Under the pieces are notes generated by a model, which saw nothing but the letters and a program-made list of their open reading frames with translations, was not told the origin of the DNA and did not search any database. DNA of 60,499 nucleotides, taken from positions 1-60,499 of the forward strand of contig PWOI01000078.1 in assembly GCA_003557485.1 (NCBI GenBank), read 5' to 3'. Positions 8,871-18,433 of this stretch are shown here, one piece after another; position 1 is the first letter of the stretch, and each line of letters begins with the position of its first letter. The stretch is from Elusimicrobiota bacterium. Lineage in GTDB: Bacteria > CG03 > SLGR01 > PWQF01. Position numbers and translations under genes: made by a program.

Positions 8871-10810
8871 AAAAGACAGCTATATTACTTTTTCTAGTCA
8901 GCTTTTTGTTCCGTTATGCGGACGCCGATAGGGTTTTAATTGACACTATTCACCCCGACAATTGGAATGTTGCAACAGAAACTGACACGATTACTTCCAG
9001 TTATGACGAAAGTGCTGATTGGATGAAAGTAGAATATGAACTTGACGGTGGAAAATGGATAGCTGTTTATCCCTCAACAAACACCAAAGAAAGGGAAATG
9101 GGACTTCTGAATGCCTCTGCCGGAGATGCAGTAAGCTTCCGGGCCAGGGGAACCGGTTTTACGAATAACTTACAGATTCAAATTCACGATTCCAACGGCA
9201 ACGTGCATGCGCGCAATATTAATAATATAACAGGTTTAACCCGGTGGAATAAATTTGTGGTTCCTTTTGATTCTCTTGATATCTGGGAGGGAGAAAGCCT
9301 TCAAAAAGAAAAAATCACAAAAATGGCTTTTGCCGTTACACCTTCAGACGGGAGATACGGGACAGTAACTATTGATGACATAAAGTCATACCGGCTCCAG
9401 ACTCCTGAAAAACTAACCGTAAGCAGCTTCGATTTCGGAACACCGCCCAACGAACTCGGCGGCAATGAAGGGGAGATGTCACATGATGGTCTATATGATC
9501 CTGATGTTTCATACAGCAGGGATACGGCTAACGGGGGTATCTTCTCTTTGAAACTTGATTATGATTTACCTTCTGACTGGTGCGGATACTGGATCCATCT
9601 TGGACCCGACGAAGACCCGGATGAGGGGAATGAAGATATTAAACATCTGGATGTTTCAGGATATACCTCTCTGGATTTTTATATTAAAACCACCGTACCA
9701 GGATTAAACATAAAAATTGAAGTAGAGGATGAGGACGGTAAAGATGAAGCACTGCTCAATGATCATCTTGCCGGTGGCGCCACTACATCCTGGCAATCCG
9801 TAAGTATTCCTGTAAGCTCTTTTACAGCTGTTGACAGCAGTAAATTAATAACTCTTGCATTTGTTATTGACGACACCCCATCCAGCGGTACGGTTTACAT
9901 AGATGAAATAATGTTCGTAACAGGGGATCCCTATACCGGCGGCTCGGAAGAAGTGCTTGATCCAATGGATATGCCTGCCCGTATTTCCGGCTGGCAGAAT
10001 TTTGGACTTGATGAAGACAGCGGCATTACAAAAACCTCTCTTGAAAGCGTTGCCGGCCGAAAGGGCGGCAATGCCATAAGACTGAACTATGAATTCAATA
10101 GGAAGTCCGGCGCTCGGGAAACCGACTGGGTTGTAATGGAAAGGGACTGGGGGCTTAATTTTTCCAAAGCTACTCACTTCGGCCTGGAATACCGCGGGCG
10201 AGGAGATTCAAATAACCTGGAATTTAAAATTGCCGATAAAAACGGTACAATTTACTGGCGCAAATTCTTTTCTATTACAGATACAGGCGGAGAATGGAAA
10301 GAACTTGTAATACCCGTTAAAGAACTCGTACTGTTTGAAAAAGGAAGTGATAACGGGAATGTTTTTACTGCCCTGGACCTTACTAAAATAAACAAGTTTG
10401 AGTTTGCTGTTTCAGGAAAGGAAGGTTCAAAAGGATTGATCGAATTTAGAAACCTTGCAGCTTACTACAGCAGCGATTTCAGTGAAAAGCGCAGAGGCAA
10501 AATTCTAGAGGAAGTGAAAGTTACAAACAACCCTTTTGCGCCCAACAGCGACGGCATTAAAGATACCACGGAATTTATTTATATTCTTTCTACTTTTGCA
10601 ACCGTAGAACTTCAAATTTTCTCCCTCAAAGGAGACTTGATATATGATGACGACACAACTTTTTTTGTAAGAGGTAAAAACTCCTTTAAATGGGACGGGA
10701 AAGATAATTCGGGAAAATTAGTCCCGAACGGCCTTTATTTTTACGTTCTTGAAGCTAACTGCGTTGTTAGCTCTGATATTTTTAAACATGTGATAGCGGT
10801 TATACGATGA
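8867..10810 (+). CDS. Secreted protein with three CBM11/CIA30-like domains and a FlgD-Ig/T9SS-like C-terminal sorting domain
   Basis: Signal peptide; three repeats of the pattern F..G..NNL.I.I.D...W..V.IP...G.V.ID; C-terminal NNPFAPNSDGIKD...WDGKDNSGKLVPNGLYFY...IAVIR. Confidence 0.8.
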   Translation: MKKTAILLFLVSFLFRYADADRVLIDTIHPDNWNVATETDTITSSYDESADWMKVEYELDGGKWIAVYPSTNTKEREMGLLNASAGDAVSFRARGTGFTNNLQIQIHDSNGNVHARNINNITGLTRWNKFVVPFDSLDIWEGESLQKEKITKMAFAVTPSDGRYGTVTIDDIKSYRLQTPEKLTVSSFDFGTPPNELGGNEGEMSHDGLYDPDVSYSRDTANGGIFSLKLDYDLPSDWCGYWIHLGPDEDPDEGNEDIKHLDVSGYTSLDFYIKTTVPGLNIKIEVEDEDGKDEALLNDHLAGGATTSWQSVSIPVSSFTAVDSSKLITLAFVIDDTPSSGTVYIDEIMFVTGDPYTGGSEEVLDPMDMPARISGWQNFGLDEDSGITKTSLESVAGRKGGNAIRLNYEFNRKSGARETDWVVMERDWGLNFSKATHFGLEYRGRGDSNNLEFKIADKNGTIYWRKFFSITDTGGEWKELVIPVKELVLFEKGSDNGNVFTALDLTKINKFEFAVSGKEGSKGLIEFRNLAAYYSSDFSEKRRGKILEEVKVTNNPFAPNSDGIKDTTEFIYILSTFATVELQIFSLKGDLIYDDDTTFFVRGKNSFKWDGKDNSGKLVPNGLYFYVLEANCVVSSDIFKHVIAVIR

Positions 10811-11667
10811 AGAAGATAATTTATATTTTCATATTATTTTTGAGTTTTCCTTCTTTTGCCGGAGCGGGGGCCTTCAACACTCTTCCTCCAAATGCCCTTT
10901 CTGCGGGAATGGGAGGGTCCCGTGTAGCGGGTAGAGGAGAAGTAAGCTGCCTGGATTATAATCCTGCAGGGCTTTCTTGCATTGATAATTTAAACCTGTC
11001 TTTTTCGTACAGGGATTACTATTCTCTGGGACTTGTAGGTCATTCATATGCAGGACTGGCTTACCCCGTGGGGCAAGGTGTCGGATTTGCTTTTTCCCTT
11101 GACAGGGTTGGCACTACCAGGAATATTGAATTTTTAGATTACTCAGAAGAGAAATATTCATTGGGAGTAGGCGCTGATGTTAATAGTATACCGGGCCTTT
11201 CGGCAGGCGGCGCTTTTACTTTCTACCGTGTTGTATCGGAGGAAAACGCTTCCGGCTGGGGGCTTTCAGGAGGACTGCTCTGGACTCCGCAGAATCTAAA
11301 AGAACTAAGTTTAGGCCTTTCTTTAAGAAACCTTAATAACCCGGCAATAACCTGGACAACCGGGGCGGAAGACAGGCTTTCGCCGTCTTTTGCAACCGGC
11401 CTTGAATACAGGCATTTTTCAGGACTTTCCGGGGCATTGAGCCTGGGAGACGGGCTTAAAACCGGAGTTCAATACGATTTTCCCGGAAACATCTTTTCCC
11501 TCAGGGCGGGCTATCGCGGGCTTGCAGATTTCAGAGGGACTTTATCGGCAGGGTTAAGCGTTGCTTACAGCTTCTTCAGAATAGATTACGCCGCCGAAAG
11601 CCATGCAGCCCTTGGTTTATCCCATTTCTTTACGGTAAACACATACATAGACAGAATCAGAATGTAG
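10807..11667 (+). CDS. PorV/PorQ/PorP-like outer-membrane beta-barrel
   Basis: Signal peptide, ALSAGMGG...YNPAGL N-terminal motif, amphipathic strands, RIDYA...LGLSHFFTV end. Confidence 0.8.
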   Translation: MKKIIYIFILFLSFPSFAGAGAFNTLPPNALSAGMGGSRVAGRGEVSCLDYNPAGLSCIDNLNLSFSYRDYYSLGLVGHSYAGLAYPVGQGVGFAFSLDRVGTTRNIEFLDYSEEKYSLGVGADVNSIPGLSAGGAFTFYRVVSEENASGWGLSGGLLWTPQNLKELSLGLSLRNLNNPAITWTTGAEDRLSPSFATGLEYRHFSGLSGALSLGDGLKTGVQYDFPGNIFSLRAGYRGLADFRGTLSAGLSVAYSFFRIDYAAESHAALGLSHFFTVNTYIDRIRM

Positions 11668-11690
11668 TAAAATATATATCGGAGGATTAT

Positions 11691-13772
11691 ATGAAATATT
11701 TATTTAAATTTGTTTTCTGCGCTTTAGTTATTACAGCTTTTTCTACTGTAGCACTGCAAGCCAGGACATTGAAAGTTGAAGACTTCAACCGAACAAGTTT
11801 TGTAGGCCCACTAGGCCCCCATAATGTCTGGATGATGGATGAGGATGATCCCACAAGCGGGATCAGGGCCGATTTTGCAAGAACCCGGGACGGCCATGCG
11901 CTTAAACTCACATATAGTGTCGATTCTCCTGCAACAACGATATGGGGATCCGCATTTATTCCGGATTACTCGGAGTTTAATATTATAGGAATGGCTGACG
12001 GACTTCCACATGTCAGTCCCTGCGGATATTTCTTTAAACTTGGCAATGCCAATCTGACCAGGTATGAATACCTGGTTTTTTCTGCCCGCGGCGATGAGTT
12101 TGATGGTTTTACGCGCAAGATACAGATTGAACTTAAAACAGCAAACCGTACAAGCTCATTCATTTTGGACGGAATAGGCCCCACGTGGCGTAAATTTGCC
12201 GTTCCCCTGTCTGTTTTTGACCGTATTGATGACTGGACCAATGTTTCTGAATTAGCCATAGCTTTCAATGAAATAGCAACTGCTGAGCGCGGTACAATTT
12301 ATCTTGACAATATTTATTTTGCCGTCAATCCTGATCATGTGCCCGCATCCGATGGCGGATACGGCAGGCCTGTAGAAGAAAAAGATGTTTTTGATTACCG
12401 TCTCTACCAGATAGTTGAAACCGGGGTCAACTTCCGCCAGACTCCGGAGCGCGGCGCAGAACTTTTTTCTTCGGCCGGAGGAGTAATCCAGGGAAAACAC
12501 GGGCCGCTTACGGGCCGCCTGCGTTTTTCTGTTGACGCAACTGAATTCGGGGCGGCAGGGTTCCGGAGGCCCCTTGACGATTATCCCTATAGCCGTTTTG
12601 AACAGCCTTCCAGAGACATCTACTTTCCTACGGTACAGCTCAAGGTGCACGGTCTGACTCCCCTTGCTGCACGGATAACGCTGGGTCATCTTTACCTGGG
12701 ATATTCGCCGTATGTTTTCAGCCCGTTTTTCGGGTATAAGGGATTGAAAGTTGAAGGGTCAAAAGAACTATTTGACCATTCAACCTTTGTTATTAAAAAA
12801 CCTCTTAACTCATTCTCTGTCGGCAGCCAGATGGCTGCTTATATCGGAGACCATAGGCTGCAGCTTCTTGGTGTATATGACTATGAAACTGCTAAACTGC
12901 CGTCATCTTCTTCGGGACCCGGTTTTCTTCAGGAAGGGGAGATGGATATAAAAGAAGTTTCAAATGAGTTTGCCTGGGAACTAGGAGCCCTTTTAAGGCT
13001 GCTGGATTACCGGCTTAACTTTGAACTCAAGTATGCTGATTTCCGGTTTAAACAGCGTGCCCATGCAGATTACGAATTTCCTGAAGAACCCGCATACAGC
13101 CATAATATATCTTCTCCGACTTTGACCGACAATATGTATGAGGCTAATCTCTATCTTACAGGACTTCCTATTTACGGTTCCAGGCTGCTTTTTTCCTACA
13201 GAGAGGTCGGAACTGATTTTATTCCCGCGTACAGGCAGGAACCAGGTGTCTTTGAAAACATATTTGCTGATTCCAGGGGTTTTCTTTTGAGGGGAGAACA
13301 GTGGTACGAAGATTACGGCGCCCGTCTCTGGTGGGAGACCAGGGACCGGATATCCGACAGTGATTACGGTATTGATGTCATAAGTTACGGGCTTATGTAC
13401 CGGGGCCCGAGTGAAATGGAGCTTGCTCTGAGCATGGAGCATAAAAAGGAGAGCTACGAATACCTTCCCAGGAAAATAGATCTTCGTGACCTAAAAATGA
13501 CCAGCCTCATTTTCGCGGGTAGATATAATTTTTTCTATGCAGACACACCGGGCATAAGGTTTCCGCTTACCTTAACTTTTGAATTCAGAGAAGACAGGAT
13601 AGATAACCGCGTTGAAAAAAAGGATGAAGTTAATCACGTTATGCGCCTGGGGCTGGAGTACCAGCTAAGGTCAAACCTGGGTTTTTCTGCCGACCTTCGC
13701 GCCTCTACACGCAATAATCCGGCTGATTTAACCGACAATGCTTTTAATATGTACCTTAACGGTACGTTCTGA
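11691..13772 (+). CDS. CBM-like domain fused to a probable outer-membrane beta-barrel
   Basis: SD GGAGG; signal peptide; N-domain similar to the GH144 N-domain (YEYLVF..G...F.R...ELK...W.K..VP...GTIYLDNI); strand-rich C-region ending YLNGTF. Confidence 0.7.
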   Translation: MKYLFKFVFCALVITAFSTVALQARTLKVEDFNRTSFVGPLGPHNVWMMDEDDPTSGIRADFARTRDGHALKLTYSVDSPATTIWGSAFIPDYSEFNIIGMADGLPHVSPCGYFFKLGNANLTRYEYLVFSARGDEFDGFTRKIQIELKTANRTSSFILDGIGPTWRKFAVPLSVFDRIDDWTNVSELAIAFNEIATAERGTIYLDNIYFAVNPDHVPASDGGYGRPVEEKDVFDYRLYQIVETGVNFRQTPERGAELFSSAGGVIQGKHGPLTGRLRFSVDATEFGAAGFRRPLDDYPYSRFEQPSRDIYFPTVQLKVHGLTPLAARITLGHLYLGYSPYVFSPFFGYKGLKVEGSKELFDHSTFVIKKPLNSFSVGSQMAAYIGDHRLQLLGVYDYETAKLPSSSSGPGFLQEGEMDIKEVSNEFAWELGALLRLLDYRLNFELKYADFRFKQRAHADYEFPEEPAYSHNISSPTLTDNMYEANLYLTGLPIYGSRLLFSYREVGTDFIPAYRQEPGVFENIFADSRGFLLRGEQWYEDYGARLWWETRDRISDSDYGIDVISYGLMYRGPSEMELALSMEHKKESYEYLPRKIDLRDLKMTSLIFAGRYNFFYADTPGIRFPLTLTFEFREDRIDNRVEKKDEVNHVMRLGLEYQLRSNLGFSADLRASTRNNPADLTDNAFNMYLNGTF

Positions 13773-13807
13773 TAAAGAAAAACTTATATCAACGCTTTCA
13801 GCTCTGT

Positions 13808-13836
13808 TTGAAGGGCCGCTGAATATTTAGTAATAT
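13808..13836 (+). promoter_or_regulatory. Putative sigma70 promoter, leaderless geometry
   Basis: TTGAAG-17bp-TAATAT, 6 nt before ATG 13843, no SD. Confidence 0.5.
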
Positions 13837-13842
13837 ATTTTT

Positions 13843-15504
13843 ATGAATATACTTGATATCGCAAAACTCGGCGGCCGGGAAATAAAGCGGCTTAAAGATA
13901 TTGTATCTGTTCTGGCCCGTTATGGTTTCGGAGAGGCCTTCAGACATCTTCCCCTGCCCGGGAAATTTATTCTTCCGGGAACTCATAAAGAAATAGCTTC
14001 CCATTCACCGGAAGAAAGGCTCAGAATGGCTCTTGAAGAACTTGGCACTACCTATATAAAGCTAGGCCAGTTCGCCTCTACAAGGCCGGATATTGTCCCC
14101 AGCAACTATATTAAACAGCTCACTCTTCTTCAGGACAGCGTAACTCCCGCTCCTCTGGACGAGGTTGAAGAAATTTTCAAAAAAGACCTGGGAGACAACT
14201 GGAAAGAAAAATTTATCACATTTTTCGAGGACCCGATAGCATCTGCCTCAATAGCACAGGTATATAAAGCTCGTACTCTAGAAGGCGAAACAGTGGCTCT
14301 TAAAGTCCTCCGGCCAGGCGTGAGGGAAAAAGTAAAATCTGATATTAAAATTATAACTATGCTGGCGCTTTTTCTGGAAGAAAAGATACCTGATGCCGCC
14401 GAATTCCAGGTTTTGCGCCTGGTAAATGAATTTACCACCACACTTAAGCGGGAACTGGACTTCAAAAGGGAAGCAATAATTCTTAACGCAATAAAAGAAA
14501 ACCACAAAGACATGAAAGAAGTCGTTATCCCATCCGTAAAAAAAGATCTCTGCAGTGAAAATATACTTGCTATGGATTTTATAGAAGGGCTGCCTCTCAA
14601 TAAGGCTGTAATGACAAGGACTGAAAAAAAGAAAACAGCTCTTCTGGGGATCAAAACCTTTTTCAGGCAGGCTTTGAGGGACGGCCTTTTTCATGCGGAT
14701 CCCCATCCGGGAAATATACTCTACACTTCCGATGGTAAAATATCCTATCTTGATTTTGGAATGATCGGCAGATTAAGTTTTACTATGAGAAAGCAGCTTA
14801 TTGATCTTTTACTTGCACTTCATGCTTCAAAGCCGGAACTGGTTCTGCAGGAAATGCTTTCTATAGGAGAATTCCGCGAAGAATTAGACAGGGAATCACT
14901 TATAAGGGATATAATGGAAATAACCGACCGATATATTAAAGTTCCGATCAGTGAAATGTCCGTTGGAAAGGCTGCAATGAGCGTCGCCGAAATTATGAAA
15001 AAATATAAATTAACGGTCAATCCCGTATACGCTCTTGTTGCGCGCGCTCTTTCAATGGCGGAAGAAACCGGAAGGGCGCTTGACCCTGACATTAATCCTT
15101 TTTCCACACTTGAGCCGGAACTAAGGAAAGTATACCTTGAAAGATTTGAACCTCGAAATCTTATTATGTCCTGGCGGCTTACAGGAAAAAGCTTCGGCAG
15201 GTTCATTACGGAACTTCCTTATCACCTTGGACAGATACTTAAAAAACTGAAAACAGGGCAGCTTGAAATAGAATTCAGGCATGTAGGGCTGGAAGGATTG
15301 ATAAAAACTCTGGACAAGCTTTCCAACCGGCTTACCTTTGGAATAATAATAGCGGCCCTTATAGTGGGCTCATCGCTTGTAATACAGATAGATAAGGGCC
15401 CGATGCTCTATGATATACCTCTGCTGGGATTTGCGGGTTTTATAATAGCAAGCATAATGGGTGTATGGCTTCTATGGTCCATAATACGCTCAGGAAGGCT
15501 ATAG
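13843..15504 (+). CDS. ABC1/AarF/UbiB family atypical kinase
   Basis: LGTTYIKLGQ, ASASIAQVYKA, VALKVLRPG, FHADPHPGN, YLDFGMIG; two C-terminal TM helices. Confidence 0.93.
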   Translation: MNILDIAKLGGREIKRLKDIVSVLARYGFGEAFRHLPLPGKFILPGTHKEIASHSPEERLRMALEELGTTYIKLGQFASTRPDIVPSNYIKQLTLLQDSVTPAPLDEVEEIFKKDLGDNWKEKFITFFEDPIASASIAQVYKARTLEGETVALKVLRPGVREKVKSDIKIITMLALFLEEKIPDAAEFQVLRLVNEFTTTLKRELDFKREAIILNAIKENHKDMKEVVIPSVKKDLCSENILAMDFIEGLPLNKAVMTRTEKKKTALLGIKTFFRQALRDGLFHADPHPGNILYTSDGKISYLDFGMIGRLSFTMRKQLIDLLLALHASKPELVLQEMLSIGEFREELDRESLIRDIMEITDRYIKVPISEMSVGKAAMSVAEIMKKYKLTVNPVYALVARALSMAEETGRALDPDINPFSTLEPELRKVYLERFEPRNLIMSWRLTGKSFGRFITELPYHLGQILKKLKTGQLEIEFRHVGLEGLIKTLDKLSNRLTFGIIIAALIVGSSLVIQIDKGPMLYDIPLLGFAGFIIASIMGVWLLWSIIRSGRL

Positions 15505-15526
15505 AAAAGAAAAGGAGAGATAGAAA

Positions 15527-15688
15527 ATGACAAGTTACGAATGCACAGTATGCGGTTACGTTTACGAACCTGAAAACGGCGATCCGGACAACAATATTCC
15601 TGCGGGGACACCTTTTGAGGATCTCCCGGAAGACTGGACTTGCCCGGTATGCGGCGCCGGCAAGGACGTTTTCGAACCGGTCGGCTGA
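15527..15688 (+). CDS. Rubredoxin (53 aa, absent from the ORF track)
   Basis: Translates to [53 protein letters not shown]; two CxxC motifs; SD AAGGAG. Confidence 0.97.
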   Translation: MTSYECTVCGYVYEPENGDPDNNIPAGTPFEDLPEDWTCPVCGAGKDVFEPVG

Positions 15689-15717
15689 CAATAAATTTTC
15701 CGTTCCGGTACATCTAT

Positions 15718-15746
15718 TTGAAATTAAAAAGCTAATTAGTTAATAT
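15718..15746 (+). promoter_or_regulatory. Putative sigma70 promoter, leaderless geometry
   Basis: TTGAAA-17bp-TAATAT, 8 nt before ATG 15755, no SD. Confidence 0.5.
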
Positions 15747-15754
15747 TAGCACGT

Positions 15755-16426
15755 ATGGATAGAGAAAAGATTATAAAATATGTACTGGCGGCTACAAAAA
15801 TACTGAGGATGCCCCGGCAGAGTATAGCTACTTTCGGAGCATCCGAAATTGATTATTATTTCCTTTCCTCCATAGACGGAACTACAAAAGTCCGTGAAGG
15901 AAAAGTATTATCAAAAAAACCTGAAATTATAACCGCCGCCGGAACAGAAGAAATATTCGAGGGATTTGGAGATTATCCTCAGGAATATACCGAAGAGATA
16001 AGCAGGCAGCTTGGAAAGGATATACGGGTTTTAAATTACCGCTTCAAGAACAAGCTTGAAAATGTTTACCAGTCCTCTGAGCCGCTGCGGACTGTATACG
16101 AAAGAATTGTAAATGAAATTAAAAACAAGAAACCCAAGCGTTCCACGGTTATAAAAGGCAGCGAGATAGCATGGCAGATTGCAGTTATGAAATTCATAAT
16201 TGATTATACTGTGAGCTCGGCGCCCCGGAACGTAAGGGAGCTACAGGAAAAGGCGATGTTTCCTGACGAACATGGTATTCCGGAATATGTCAGAAACAGA
16301 ATTGAATATCTTTTCAGGGAGGCTGAAAAAAAACCGCAGGCGCTGGATGAACTTGGACGTTATCTTCAGGAAAAAGGCCTTTTCGAGCAATACGAAGACC
16401 GTTTTTTTAAACTATTCAGTTTGTGA
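15755..16426 (+). CDS. Hypothetical cytoplasmic protein
   Basis: 223-aa ORF with a distinctive PRQSIATFG..IDYYFL N-terminus and LFEQYEDRFF C-terminus; no recognisable catalytic motif. Confidence 0.8.
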   Translation: MDREKIIKYVLAATKILRMPRQSIATFGASEIDYYFLSSIDGTTKVREGKVLSKKPEIITAAGTEEIFEGFGDYPQEYTEEISRQLGKDIRVLNYRFKNKLENVYQSSEPLRTVYERIVNEIKNKKPKRSTVIKGSEIAWQIAVMKFIIDYTVSSAPRNVRELQEKAMFPDEHGIPEYVRNRIEYLFREAEKKPQALDELGRYLQEKGLFEQYEDRFFKLFSL

Positions 16427-16467
16427 ACCTGCCGAAGTAAGGTAAAAAAAATAAGAAAGGAGCTTAT

Positions 16468-16563
16468 ATGGTTAAGGGAAGAAGAGCAAAACTTAGAAAA
16501 GTTAAAACTCATAAAAGAAAAAAAGCCAGAAAAAAGAACAGACATAAAAAGAAAAAGAGATAG
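16468..16563 (+). CDS. bS22 / AURKAIP1-COX24 (mS38-like) small basic ribosomal protein (31 aa, absent from the ORF track)
   Basis: MVKGRRAKLRKVKTHKRKKARKKNRHKKKKR; strong SD AAAGGAG; THKRKK..R..RHKKK pattern typical of this family. Confidence 0.8.
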   Translation: MVKGRRAKLRKVKTHKRKKARKKNRHKKKKR

Positions 16564-16572
16564 TATCCTAAT

Positions 16573-17545
<973 letters not shown>

Positions 17546-17556
<11 letters not shown>

Positions 17557-18433
17557 GCTTGACGCAGCGCTTTTAAAGAAAATTTCAACTATGACCCTCA
17601 GGGCGCGTTATGTTGCTGAGGGGTACATATCCGGACTTCACCAAAGCCCTTTCAGAGGACACAGCCTGGAATTTTCCCAGCACCGGCAATACACTCCCGG
17701 AGACGGACTTAAATACCTTGACTGGAAGGTATACGGCCGCAGTGACCGTTTCTACATAAAGCAATTCCAGGAAGAGACAAATCTGCGAGGCTACTCTATA
17801 ATAGATGTATCAGAATCTATGGGATACAGTACTTCTCAGGTCACTAAACTTGAGTACGCTTCTTTTCTTGCTGCAGGAATAACCTATCTGATGATAAAAC
17901 AGCGCGACTCGGCGGGCCTTATAACATTTTCCGAAAACATAGAAGAATTTATGCCGCCTAGAGATTTTCAGGCTCACATGCACCATGTGATGGAGAAGCT
18001 TGACAGACTTAAAAGTAAAGGTAAAACCGACTTCAGAAACTCCTTCACAGAAATAGGGAAGAGAATAAAAAAAAGGAGCATGCTTATTATTTTTTCGGAT
18101 TTTCTTCATGATCCCGAAGACCTGATTAAATCCCTTAAATTTTTTCCATACAGAAAAAACGATGTAATTGCCTTCAATATCCTTGACCCGGGTGAACTCT
18201 CCCTTCAGCATCAGGGCAGCGTTGAATATGTTGATTCAGAAACAGGAGAAAAGTTCAGAACCATACCTTCTGTCATAGGCAGACAGTACTCGGAAAGAAT
18301 GAGAGAACACCTTAAAAAGCTGGAAGATGGATTGCGCCGCCACGGAATAGATTTTTACCCTGTAACCACCGATACTCCTCTGGACAGGGCTTTCGCGGCA
18401 TTTATGGAGGGAAGAAAGAACCTTGCAGTATGA
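17546..18433 (+). CDS. DUF58 domain protein (vWA-like MoxR partner)
   Basis: GLHQSPFRGHSLEFSQHRQYTPGD...DWKVYGRSDR..IKQFQEETN; DVSESM. Confidence 0.93.
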
